From the sequence record MW812342.1: a stretch of 64,000 nucleotides of DNA; one strand, 5' to 3'. Below the pieces are notes generated by a model. That model was not told the DNA's origin. It made no database searches and saw nothing but the letters and a program-made list of their open reading frames with translations. The position numbers were made by a program, and so were the translations under genes. This document shows positions 37,882 to 46,536 of this stretch, one piece after another. Within the stretch, counting starts at the first letter, position 1. The number at the start of each line of letters is the position of its first letter.

Positions 37882-38643
37882 ATGAGAGAGATAACGAAAG
37901 AGGTGCTAGACGGCACGTATGACCAACCGCTTGGTCGTGGCGTATTAGACTGGCGTATCTTAGAGCTGGCCCCTATGGAAACAAAACACATTGTGGAAGT
38001 GGGACGCTGGCGCGTGTACCTGAAACGTCATCGCATTGAAGAAAGTGCGCTGCTGATTTCAGTTGACCGTTTTGGTGATGTGGAAGAATCGCTGGTTCTG
38101 TTGCCTGACGTGATGGATGTTCGTGCCGTCTTTGCGTACTCAGCAACCACCGCAGATGAAGCCCTTAAACGATTAGGGTTTGACTTGCATGCAGTGAAGT
38201 ACATCATCCCGCGCCGTGACGGTATCAGGCCACCGCCGAAGATGATTGAAAATTGCCTGCTGACGGACGAGGAAGCCAAGTCCTTTAAACAGGCCGCTGA
38301 GCAAGAAGAAAGCATCCGTAAAGCTGCGGAAGCGTACGGTATGGGCACAGCTGCATTCCACCGTGTAGACTTTGGTCACGGACGAACGGCAGTTGCGCTT
38401 ATCAATATCGTCGATGAACAAGCCGTGTTGTTAACACACTGGGCGAGTGACTTCCAATCGCAGATGACGGTTGCTGACATCTTTAACTACATCGCCTCCG
38501 GCCAGAAGAACGGCGGGGAATATGTGGTTAACCGCCAAACGTTCGATAACCCAACCCCTCTGGTGGAAACACTGGAAACCCTGAACACCGAGACACGCGG
38601 TGTTTATATTATCCTAAAAGGAGTATCTGCCCATGCAAACTAG
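37882..38643 (+). CDS. degenerate tandem GNAT-like protein
   Basis: First domain ends ALKRLGF; second has GNAT-like strand order; fold inferred. Confidence 0.35.
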   Translation: MREITKEVLDGTYDQPLGRGVLDWRILELAPMETKHIVEVGRWRVYLKRHRIEESALLISVDRFGDVEESLVLLPDVMDVRAVFAYSATTADEALKRLGFDLHAVKYIIPRRDGIRPPPKMIENCLLTDEEAKSFKQAAEQEESIRKAAEAYGMGTAAFHRVDFGHGRTAVALINIVDEQAVLLTHWASDFQSQMTVADIFNYIASGQKNGGEYVVNRQTFDNPTPLVETLETLNTETRGVYIILKGVSAHAN

Positions 38644-38929
38644 CATCAATCGTTCTGTCGCCCGTTCTAAAGAAGTGGTTTATGATGTGGTCGCCGGTGA
38701 GAAGACCCTGTTCCGTGCGGTGATTATCGAGAACAACGAACTGCTCGTGGTCTATCCGGGCACCGAGTTCTCCAAAGCGGAAAAGGTGGCACTGGATAAA
38801 CTTATCACCAAAGCAAAACACCGCGACGGCATTGCCATTCATCGTGTGGTTAACGAGCGTGAGTTAGTGGAGAACGGCAAAGACTTAGAAGTGCGGCTGG
38901 TTAGCCCGCAAGTCAACGCCTTTGTATGA
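38633..38929 (+). CDS. hypothetical protein
   Basis: 98 aa, AAGGAG RBS. Confidence 0.65.
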   Translation: MQTSINRSVARSKEVVYDVVAGEKTLFRAVIIENNELLVVYPGTEFSKAEKVALDKLITKAKHRDGIAIHRVVNERELVENGKDLEVRLVSPQVNAFV

Positions 38930-38956
38930 CACCACTAATGTTATAGAGGAATCGCA

Positions 38957-39457
38957 ATGGATGTTATCGATTTCGAACAGCTTCCACAGCACGACTTCGA
39001 CCTCGGCGTCCGTGACATGGATTGCGGCTTCGAAGAAAAAGCGCGTGCGCTGTTCCAGAAATATGGCGAACTGATTATGGGTACCGACCATCCAGATATC
39101 ACACTGGATGAGTTCGAGAAACTGATCGTCGGCCTTATCACGTCCCGTGCGCAGGACAGAGCGTTGCTGAACGAGTTGAACTTTACCACTGTGTCCCCCG
39201 CGGATGCTGCCGGTATCCTGTCGCAGTCTATCGTCCCAAGCGAAGAGATTCTCGACAAGCTGGCTGAGATGCGTGGGCCGTTCGACACGGCGGTAGAAGA
39301 CTATGCACAACAGTTAGCAGAATCAGAATACGCAATGGTCGCCCCCGAGGGCGAACAACTGCCATCCGATGAGCAAACTGAAACTGCACGTCTGCGTCTT
39401 GCGCGATACGTCATTACCAGCGTATTGGTTGATGACCGTGAAGACTGCCAGCTCTAA
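38957..39457 (+). CDS. highly acidic hypothetical protein
   Basis: About 36 D/E versus 13 K/R in 166 aa (hand count). Confidence 0.7.
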   Translation: MDVIDFEQLPQHDFDLGVRDMDCGFEEKARALFQKYGELIMGTDHPDITLDEFEKLIVGLITSRAQDRALLNELNFTTVSPADAAGILSQSIVPSEEILDKLAEMRGPFDTAVEDYAQQLAESEYAMVAPEGEQLPSDEQTETARLRLARYVITSVLVDDREDCQL

Positions 39458-39464
39458 TGAAATG

Positions 39465-39496
39465 ACCTCACCTTCGGGTGAGGTTTATTTTTTTTG
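39465..39496 (+). terminator. Rho-independent terminator
   Basis: ACCTCACC-TTCG-GGTGAGGT plus T run. Confidence 0.85.
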
Positions 39497-39555
39497 TCTT
39501 TTTACAGAATACCACCTATCTATGTCAAACCAAATAACCCTGAGGATTAAAAGCA

Positions 39556-39891
39556 ATGTGGCTTAGCGCAATTCACCGTGATTTACCAAAAATCGTTGAC
39601 TTCGGTACCAGTGCCACTGGTGACCCGCAGGTCGAGCCGGTACAAATCAATGTGGGTCTGGCGAAATTCGACCGTATGGAAGAAGGCCAGTTCGTGGTTC
39701 TCGATGCCGAAGAGAACGAATACATGCTGTTCCACCCGGAAGTGGATACCTCGGGTATCGTGGACGGTGTGTGGTTAGCATCGTGGCACGACAAATCCAC
39801 GGACAAGTGGATGTGGGCGCTGGCGAAGCAGGTCGGTGAGAATTCCTTCGTACTGGATACCAATCACCATGTCGAGCCCATCCCTCATTGA
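39556..39891 (+). CDS. acidic hypothetical protein
   Basis: 111 aa, GAGGA RBS. Confidence 0.65.
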   Translation: MWLSAIHRDLPKIVDFGTSATGDPQVEPVQINVGLAKFDRMEEGQFVVLDAEENEYMLFHPEVDTSGIVDGVWLASWHDKSTDKWMWALAKQVGENSFVLDTNHHVEPIPH

Positions 39892-40195
39892 TGTCCGCGA
39901 TGAGCTGTCGACGAATGATTACCTCATTCGGATGCAGTCCGCATTTCAAAAGCCGTTAGGTGGCCCACCAGAAGCGCGTCAGGTGTACGCACAGGTCATC
40001 GGGGTGGATAACAAAGAGGTTCACTTCACGAACCTTGAAACCAAACTCGACTTCACCATGCCCCTGAACGTGTTCTTGTTTGTCCCTGCTATCGGCCTGT
40101 CGGTTGAAATCAGTCGGGTGCACCACCGTATCTTCTGCTGGCCAGAAGCCCACAGAGGAAACACCGATCCGATTCAACTACAAATCCGCCCGTAA
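39869..40195 (+). CDS. hypothetical protein
   Basis: Probable ATG at 39869; overlaps upstream stop. Confidence 0.55.
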   Translation: MSSPSLIDVRDELSTNDYLIRMQSAFQKPLGGPPEARQVYAQVIGVDNKEVHFTNLETKLDFTMPLNVFLFVPAIGLSVEISRVHHRIFCWPEAHRGNTDPIQLQIRP

Positions 40196-40205
40196 CGTAT
40201 TACAT

Positions 40206-40230
40206 TTCAGATAGATATCATCTAGGGGAG
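40206..40230 (+). promoter_or_regulatory. putative early promoter/operator motif, copy 6
   Basis: TTCAGATAGATATCATCTAGGGGAG. Confidence 0.7.
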
Positions 40231-40274
40231 AAGATTCTTTTCTCCCCCACATTTTAATCTATAAGGAGTATCTG

Positions 40275-40814
40275 ATGTACAATTACGTTGTATTGAATCG
40301 TAAAGGCAGCGTCATCACTTTCGTCTTTAAATCTGACCCACCTGCAAAAGCGCGGGCGTTGGATTTGGCTGGGTTCGATTATAAAGGTATCCGCAAAGGT
40401 GTGCAGTTGTCGTTCGATGGCGAAGTGCAGCCAGAGAATCTTCTGTACTCCGGTGATGTGGAACCGCGCAAACTCACCAAGATGGAAAGCAAGTCTGCTT
40501 CCAAGGCCATGCCAATCTTTGAAGTGCTGAAACGTGTTGGTACCAGCATTCAGTATCGGATCGTAGGCAGCGAGCACGGTATTGAGCTGAAGCTCGACCT
40601 TGCAGGCTATGACTACAAAAAGCTGAAGAAGGGCGTGAACTTCCAGTTCGATGGCGGGATTGTCTCTGCGGATAATCTGCGTATTGTCAACCGTGGAAAC
40701 TCAGACAAGATACCGCTGGCGAAGGTTGCCGCGCCGGTGACTAAGCAGCGCACCGCTGTGAAGTCCAAACGTGGTGCCACACCGAATGTGTCTATCCTGC
40801 GTAAGCACTTCTAA
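40275..40814 (+). CDS. protein with internal domain duplication and basic tail
   Basis: LDLAGFDYKGIRKGVQLSFDG...ENL repeated as LDLAGYDYKKLKKGVNFQFDG...DNL. Confidence 0.75.
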   Translation: MYNYVVLNRKGSVITFVFKSDPPAKARALDLAGFDYKGIRKGVQLSFDGEVQPENLLYSGDVEPRKLTKMESKSASKAMPIFEVLKRVGTSIQYRIVGSEHGIELKLDLAGYDYKKLKKGVNFQFDGGIVSADNLRIVNRGNSDKIPLAKVAAPVTKQRTAVKSKRGATPNVSILRKHF

Positions 40815-40820
40815 TCTGTA

Positions 40821-40858
40821 CGTCCTACTCCTTCGGGGGTAGGACGGTTTTATTTTTT
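40821..40858 (+). terminator. Rho-independent terminator
   Basis: CGTCCTACTCC-TTCG-GGGGTAGGACG plus T run. Confidence 0.85.
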
Positions 40859-40869
40859 AAGGACTGTCG

Positions 40870-41397
40870 ATGACTACTTTTATTGCGGGCAAGAATTTCC
40901 TCGCCGCAGACCGTGCGGTATTGAAAAACCGAATGGTGTTTGCAGACGCAAAGATTCGCGTTATCCGTGGGCGTATCGCGTACTTCTTTGGTTCGGAACA
41001 CCCCACGCCAGACGAACGCAAGTTGTTGGAGAAGCATATCTACGATTACGTCTTTGGCAAAGAAAAAGCCAAAGCCGTCGCGGAGGTGTGGTTGCTGAAC
41101 TTCATCGAAAGCAATACGCTGGTCGTAATGACACGCAAGAAGACGATGGCGTTCAGTGGTATCTCACGGCTCGCCGCTTGGTCACCTGAAATAGGTGGGC
41201 CGGTAAACCACACAGGACTGACGGTTAGTGAAGACTTGCTGGAGACGCCCGTGGTGTTCGGTTCCGGTGCGGAGTTGGCGCGTGCAGGATGGGCATGTGG
41301 GCTAACGCCTGAAAACATCATTCTCATGGTGCAGAAAATCGACCCGATGTCAGGGCATGGTTACGACGTGGTTTACAGAGAGGACTTGCGCAAATGA
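40870..41397 (+). CDS. HslV/proteasome-beta-like Ntn threonine protease
   Basis: N-terminal (M)TT nucleophile, AAD, Lys in DAKIR, VFGSGAELARA and IDPMSG motifs. Confidence 0.7.
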   Translation: MTTFIAGKNFLAADRAVLKNRMVFADAKIRVIRGRIAYFFGSEHPTPDERKLLEKHIYDYVFGKEKAKAVAEVWLLNFIESNTLVVMTRKKTMAFSGISRLAAWSPEIGGPVNHTGLTVSEDLLETPVVFGSGAELARAGWACGLTPENIILMVQKIDPMSGHGYDVVYREDLRK

Positions 41398-41960
41398 GTA
41401 CCGTTTCTATTGCTGGTTTCGTTCTGAATGGCATGGTGTACGTGAACACTACTGTACAATCCATGCACTTGTTGGCACCGTATAACCCCGAAGCTGGATT
41501 CGATAAACTCGGATGGTGGTTCCCAAACGACGGGCAGGAAAAGATTACCGAAGTTTTGGTGAGTGGTAATGACGCAGAACGCCATGAAGATGTTACCTAT
41601 TCAGGCAGTGTGTTGCGACACGATGGTCAGTTCTACGACGTCAAGTTAGCCGGGCCGAATTACCGTCTAATGTTTGTCCACCAACCTGCACCGGTGATGG
41701 TCTTTCCAGCCGACAGGGAATCGACGTTTGTGGCGACCTTTATCGAACACCTGTCAATGCACCCCGACTTGGACACCGAAGGGCCTGTATGGAGTGTTGA
41801 CCGCATCGTGAAGATACTGTCGTGCTTCGCAGGCAGCCACAATTTCAAACCGTTTATGCCGTTGGATGAACTCAAAGCCAAAGTGCATGCGATGCCTGAG
41901 TGTAAATTGGCCCCATTCCCCCGACAGAGAAAGTCGGATTACGAACGCGCAGATTTATAA
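41394..41960 (+). CDS. hypothetical protein
   Basis: 188 aa, ATGA overlap with the protease gene. Confidence 0.65.
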   Translation: MSTVSIAGFVLNGMVYVNTTVQSMHLLAPYNPEAGFDKLGWWFPNDGQEKITEVLVSGNDAERHEDVTYSGSVLRHDGQFYDVKLAGPNYRLMFVHQPAPVMVFPADRESTFVATFIEHLSMHPDLDTEGPVWSVDRIVKILSCFAGSHNFKPFMPLDELKAKVHAMPECKLAPFPRQRKSDYERADL

Positions 41961-42003
41961 CAGCACCGCCCCTTTTAATGACAATCACAAAGAGAATCAG
42001 AAC

Positions 42004-42666
42004 ATGGCAAAGCAAAAGAAAGCCCGTAACAAAAAGTATAACCCGCAACAAGCCCATGCAGAAACTGCTCGCATGGTAGTACAAAACTCACTCGCCCGCA
42101 TTTCCTTCATTGGTGCCTCTAACCGCCGCATTCAACCGTACGGTGGTCGTGGGTTCCAGTACACCGTCAGTCGGCCTGTGCGTGTTACGGTATCCGCAGC
42201 CTTAGCAGAAACGCTGTTCGAAGACCCACGTACGTGGACGGTGTGGATGGCGCACTATGCAGTGAACCCCGAGGGTAACCTCGAGGTGGAGTCCGGCGTC
42301 CTGTCGCTTGATGAGTACACCCTGACCGACTTCACAGAAAACGTGGACAAGTTGGTGGAACACATGAAGCCTGAGTCGATGGTCGGGAACTCGGATTACG
42401 TAGGTTACGCTTTCTTTGCTTCGCCAAATGAGCGTTACGATTTCACGCACGATACTACTGATGAACGTTTGATTGAAAACTTCATCGCCTCTGGCGTTCT
42501 GGAAAAGGAAAACCATCTCCCGCAGCACGTCCTGAACGTCACCAAAGAAGAACTTATCATCATGCTCATGGCAGACCATGTTAAGTTCGACACCAACATC
42601 AGTTATCACCAGCGCGGCGAAGGTGAAGATTACCGCATCGCTGACAAGCAAGTTATCGGAGAGTAA
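42004..42666 (+). CDS. hypothetical protein with basic N-terminus
   Basis: MAKQKKARNKKYNP start at 42004 (in frame with ORF track 41866). Confidence 0.7.
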   Translation: MAKQKKARNKKYNPQQAHAETARMVVQNSLARISFIGASNRRIQPYGGRGFQYTVSRPVRVTVSAALAETLFEDPRTWTVWMAHYAVNPEGNLEVESGVLSLDEYTLTDFTENVDKLVEHMKPESMVGNSDYVGYAFFASPNERYDFTHDTTDERLIENFIASGVLEKENHLPQHVLNVTKEELIIMLMADHVKFDTNISYHQRGEGEDYRIADKQVIGE

Positions 42667-42669
42667 GAA

Positions 42670-43236
42670 ATGAAGTTCTGGGAGCGTTTTTGTCGCTTGT
42701 TTAAACATGTCCCTGAGGTACAGACCGACGGTGACCGTTATACCCAAATCGTGCGTGACTACTTCAATGCAGGTAATCACAACGTCGTGGAACTCTGTGA
42801 TGCCATCGGCATGACGCCACGCTCATTGTACTTTGCGGTTAACGACGACAACGTGCGTGCAAACATTCTGCCCCGCCTCCCTGAAAAGATGCGGATGGAA
42901 TTGCGTGATGAACTGACCGCGCGTGCGTTCAGTCGTCAAGCTGTCTCGTTAATCCGTCCGAGCACCGCGAAGTACGATTTCGATAACCTTAATGAACTGA
43001 TGGCGCACGTACACGAATTGTTCGAAACGTACCGTCTCGAGCGTGGCGAGAAAGTGGACCCCTCTATCAAGGCGTACATCCACTCACTCACTCCGCGTAC
43101 GGTACGTATCGCTTTCGTCGGCAGTGGTCACGAATTCAACGTCGGTATCATTGAAGGCATCAACGTCGTTCAGCAAAACCTGCTTATGGTGAATTATGGA
43201 AAACTTAACGCCCGTGGAAATCGTCAATGTTTTTAA
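42670..43236 (+). CDS. hypothetical protein with TetR-like HTH
   Basis: VVELCDAIGMTPRSLYFAV resembles the TetR HTH signature. Confidence 0.45.
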   Translation: MKFWERFCRLFKHVPEVQTDGDRYTQIVRDYFNAGNHNVVELCDAIGMTPRSLYFAVNDDNVRANILPRLPEKMRMELRDELTARAFSRQAVSLIRPSTAKYDFDNLNELMAHVHELFETYRLERGEKVDPSIKAYIHSLTPRTVRIAFVGSGHEFNVGIIEGINVVQQNLLMVNYGKLNARGNRQCF

Positions 43237-44932
43237 CCGTTATGTCCACGGTCAAGAAATGGCGAAAAAGATGTTGGCGATTGCTCTGCGTAACCGCGTA
43301 CGGGTAGCGTTGCTGCCCCTCGGTGAACGTAATAGCGTTCGCAAACAGAATCTGTTGCTACTGGGGCCAACTGGCTGCGGTAAAACGGCGCTGATGCGCG
43401 TACTGAAAACGCAATTTGGGTTACCTGTCTTAGAGCAGGACATGACCGGCTTTTCCGAGACGGGCTATGTGGGCCGTAATCTCATCACGTTGGGTTCGGA
43501 CTTGCAGACTCTTACGCGCACGATCGCTTTGCCGGACTGGTACGTTGAGATGCGTACCGGTATGCAGCTTGAGAAAGACGAGCAGCGTTATACCCGTGAA
43601 GAACTCAAGCAGATCGAAGCAAAAGAGTACGAAGCGGAAAGTTCTGCGCGGCAAGCCGAATGGCAAGCTAAGCGTGATGCTAAAAAGCAACACGAGCAAA
43701 CCCTGAAAGATTTAGGCGTGTTCCCGGACGATGATACCTACAATCACTATCGCATGGTCTACTACATGCGTGCGTTTTTGGTGGGCTATCACGCCATGAA
43801 GAACCTGCCTTACGACGTCATTGATTTCGCTGACATTGAAATGATTCAGGGGCAGAAACTCATTGATGTCGCGAACAAAGTTGTTGGGCTTATCGAGAAG
43901 GTGGCGGGTAGACCCATCAACAGTATTGATGACCTCAATGAAGATTTGAGCGAAAACACCGAAGAGATGATGGAGAACAATCCCGCGCTGATGGGTGAGT
44001 TCATGAGTCTGGTAGGCTACAACGAAGTGTTGGAAGTTATCATGACCCTCGGTGTTCAAATGCTCAATAGCAATCCGGTGGGAGCCTGTGTCTCGTCGGC
44101 TGATTGGTACGACATTGCCCATTCCTTCGAGCAAACCGAATCAGAAGACGTGCCGCCGGGCATCGCTTGGCGTCCGATGGAACCGACGGAGTTTGCGCTC
44201 TACATCTGTGTGATGTTGGCGCGTGACCCGGAAGGTCTGAATGAGGTCTTTGAAGACTGCGAGGACTTCACCCGCTTTGCGGACGAGAAGTTGTGGAGTT
44301 ATAAAGTGCCCGAGCCCGAAATTGTGCAACCCAAAGGGAAGCGCAATGTGTTGTCGAAGAAGGATCTCGATAAGGTGGCGAACTGTAATGGTCGCGACTT
44401 CGTTGAGAACTTCGGTGTGGTGTTCTTAGATGAGTTTGACAAGCTCATTGAAACGGATACCACGGGCCGGACACACGTCTCCCGCAGCGGTGTTCAGCGA
44501 AGCTTGCTCAAGATGGTAGAAGGTGGTCTCTACGCCGGGATTGACACTACGAACATTCTGTTTGTGGCGGCCGGTTCTTTCGCAGAAGCCCCTGTGACCA
44601 AACTGATGCCGGAACTGCAAGGCCGCTTTACGTTGCGTGCGGAACTGGAGCCACTTGACAAAGAAGCGATGATTGCGATTTGTCGAATGGACAGCAGCGA
44701 GTTCCATGCGATGGTTCGTCTCCTGCGAATCGAAGGGGTGGTGGTCAATTACGACCTTGACACCTTTGAGTACATTGCAGAGAAAACTGTTGAGGCGAAC
44801 TCGGTCGATGACCTCGGTGCACGTCGCTTAGCTGCGATCGTCGAGGCGTTGTTCCAAGACGCGTTGTACGAACCCAACAAGTACACGGAGAACGGTTACG
44901 ACCTGACAGGTAAAGCCCTGAGGAAGAACTGA
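43196..44932 (+). CDS. hslU: HslU (ClpY)-like AAA+ ATPase
   Basis: LTPVEIV...GQEMAKKMLAIALRNR, Walker A GPTGCGKT, pore loop GYVG, Walker B VFLDEFDK, GVQRSLLKMVEG, LMPELQGRF, LGARRL. Confidence 0.9.
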   Translation: MENLTPVEIVNVFNRYVHGQEMAKKMLAIALRNRVRVALLPLGERNSVRKQNLLLLGPTGCGKTALMRVLKTQFGLPVLEQDMTGFSETGYVGRNLITLGSDLQTLTRTIALPDWYVEMRTGMQLEKDEQRYTREELKQIEAKEYEAESSARQAEWQAKRDAKKQHEQTLKDLGVFPDDDTYNHYRMVYYMRAFLVGYHAMKNLPYDVIDFADIEMIQGQKLIDVANKVVGLIEKVAGRPINSIDDLNEDLSENTEEMMENNPALMGEFMSLVGYNEVLEVIMTLGVQMLNSNPVGACVSSADWYDIAHSFEQTESEDVPPGIAWRPMEPTEFALYICVMLARDPEGLNEVFEDCEDFTRFADEKLWSYKVPEPEIVQPKGKRNVLSKKDLDKVANCNGRDFVENFGVVFLDEFDKLIETDTTGRTHVSRSGVQRSLLKMVEGGLYAGIDTTNILFVAAGSFAEAPVTKLMPELQGRFTLRAELEPLDKEAMIAICRMDSSEFHAMVRLLRIEGVVVNYDLDTFEYIAEKTVEANSVDDLGARRLAAIVEALFQDALYEPNKYTENGYDLTGKALRKN

Positions 44933-45129
44933 TGTTCATGCTCGTCGTGTCAATCATTGCCATCTTTCTGATTCTCAACATATTGGGTGTCTGGATTGGC
45001 AAGTTGTCTGTTCGGTATAAGTGGCCATTCTGGATGATGCTCACTGTGGCATTGTTGTTCGGCGGATTAGTCGGCAACCTCTACTACAGTAACATCATTG
45101 CCCCCCTCTATTATAATCTCGGGAGTTAA
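44932..45129 (+). CDS. small 2-TM membrane protein
   Basis: 65 aa with two hydrophobic segments; TGATG coupling to hslU. Confidence 0.7.
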   Translation: MFMLVVSIIAIFLILNILGVWIGKLSVRYKWPFWMMLTVALLFGGLVGNLYYSNIIAPLYYNLGS

Positions 45130-45132
45130 CTC

Positions 45133-45861
45133 GTGGAAGATAATCAGTACCCGCTTCGGGTAGAACGTGTACAGAAGTCTTACTCGCAAGCCGGTAAAAC
45201 AGTAAGTGAGGGAAGTATCCACGCATCAGGCCAAGTGTTGTGTCTGCCAAAGTCTGCGTTTGTGGATGGCGCAGACTGGCAACAGATTTTCCGCCGCTGG
45301 CTCAACTGTTCTGCCCGTTGTGAAACGTCACCGGTACGTCACGCCAATCACCAACACCCGGAGTCGATTTTCCGTACCTCGAAGATTCATGAGGAGAACG
45401 TCTGTGCCACGTTGTTAGGCGGTGGCATGGATGTGAATGGTGACTACGTGACACTTAACACCAACGTGGTGCCTTATGGCCCATACGGTGATAAGTTGGC
45501 GACGTATATGCGCGAGCAGAAAGAAGTGATTATCGTTCCCCGTTTCATTAAGGATAAAGACGGTAAAATCACTGGCGTGCCTGCATGGGACTTATTGCTT
45601 CCATCAGGATGGGACGTTGTCCCGTACGTGTACAATGACGTGCAGGATGAAGTCTTTGTGGGCGAGCTGGCGTACTTCATGGACAAGTGTAAGGCCAACG
45701 GGATCAGTTGGTCAATGCACTACAGCGATACGGATGACCTCTGGCATTTCGTGCTGGAGTCGTACCATTCCGTCGTCTGCTTTGAAGGCGAAAAGAAAAA
45801 GCTGTGTGATGCGTTGGAAGACGCCACAGCGTATGTTGATAGTTTAGACAACAATGGATAA
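45133..45861 (+). CDS. degenerate prohead-protease (phiKZ gp175/T4 gp21-fold) paralog with extra C-terminal domain
   Basis: RTSKIHEENVCA and VVPYGPYGDKL match the family; the catalytic FSIRS-type motif is replaced by IVPRF. Confidence 0.45.
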   Translation: MEDNQYPLRVERVQKSYSQAGKTVSEGSIHASGQVLCLPKSAFVDGADWQQIFRRWLNCSARCETSPVRHANHQHPESIFRTSKIHEENVCATLLGGGMDVNGDYVTLNTNVVPYGPYGDKLATYMREQKEVIIVPRFIKDKDGKITGVPAWDLLLPSGWDVVPYVYNDVQDEVFVGELAYFMDKCKANGISWSMHYSDTDDLWHFVLESYHSVVCFEGEKKKLCDALEDATAYVDSLDNNG

Positions 45862-46339
45862 GAACATGGAAAAGAAAACTGAACGTAATCTGATTGAAAT
45901 CACAGGCACCGGCGAAGACAACAACGGCAAGTTCTACACCGTCGTGTTGTTAGACCAGTCCAAGATGAATGCTCACGGCCGCCAGTATAACGGCGACCTC
46001 GCACATCTGGTGCGCGGTATTAAACGTATGCCGCGTTTGTTCTGTGAAGTTGATCCGTACCATGATTACCGTTTTCAGTTCCCGGCAACCGATGACCGTT
46101 CTGTGTCCGGACCGTGCACCATCGATAACCGTAACGTCTGTGCCTCAATCGAGAACATCCGTCACGATAAGATGAACCAGCGGGTATCGGCCGAGCTGCG
46201 CCCGTGGGGCCCACAGGCCGCGATGGTACGCAATCTGTTGGACGGTGCGAACCAGAACGTAACCTTCGGGATGCGTGCCTTGGCAACACCGGATGGTAAA
46301 ATCGATAAAGTCATCACATGGGATATGTTACCTGAATGA
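45854..46339 (+). CDS. degenerate prohead-protease paralog
   Basis: NAHGRQY, IDNRNVCASIENI, LRPWGPQAAMVRNLL...NVTFGMRAL; Ser position is Gly and the GExxHP His motif reads CEVDP. Confidence 0.6.
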   Translation: MDKNMEKKTERNLIEITGTGEDNNGKFYTVVLLDQSKMNAHGRQYNGDLAHLVRGIKRMPRLFCEVDPYHDYRFQFPATDDRSVSGPCTIDNRNVCASIENIRHDKMNQRVSAELRPWGPQAAMVRNLLDGANQNVTFGMRALATPDGKIDKVITWDMLPE

Positions 46340-46536
46340 ATGTACCTGAATTGTTTTACTGGTGTGTCATGGTGTTAAGTGGTTACTTCCTTATTCAGTG
46401 TGTTATCGGCACGATTAAGGATTTAATAAAAGGCGAATTAGTAGGTGCGTTCGTCGAGTTAGTGTTTGCGGTCGTCGCATGGAACATCCACCGTTGGGCG
46501 TTTGTTCATTTAGTGCCATTGCAAACATTGTTCTAA
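46336..46536 (+). CDS. small 2-TM membrane protein
   Basis: 66 aa, two hydrophobic segments, ATGA overlap. Confidence 0.7.
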   Translation: MNVPELFYWCVMVLSGYFLIQCVIGTIKDLIKGELVGAFVELVFAVVAWNIHRWAFVHLVPLQTLF

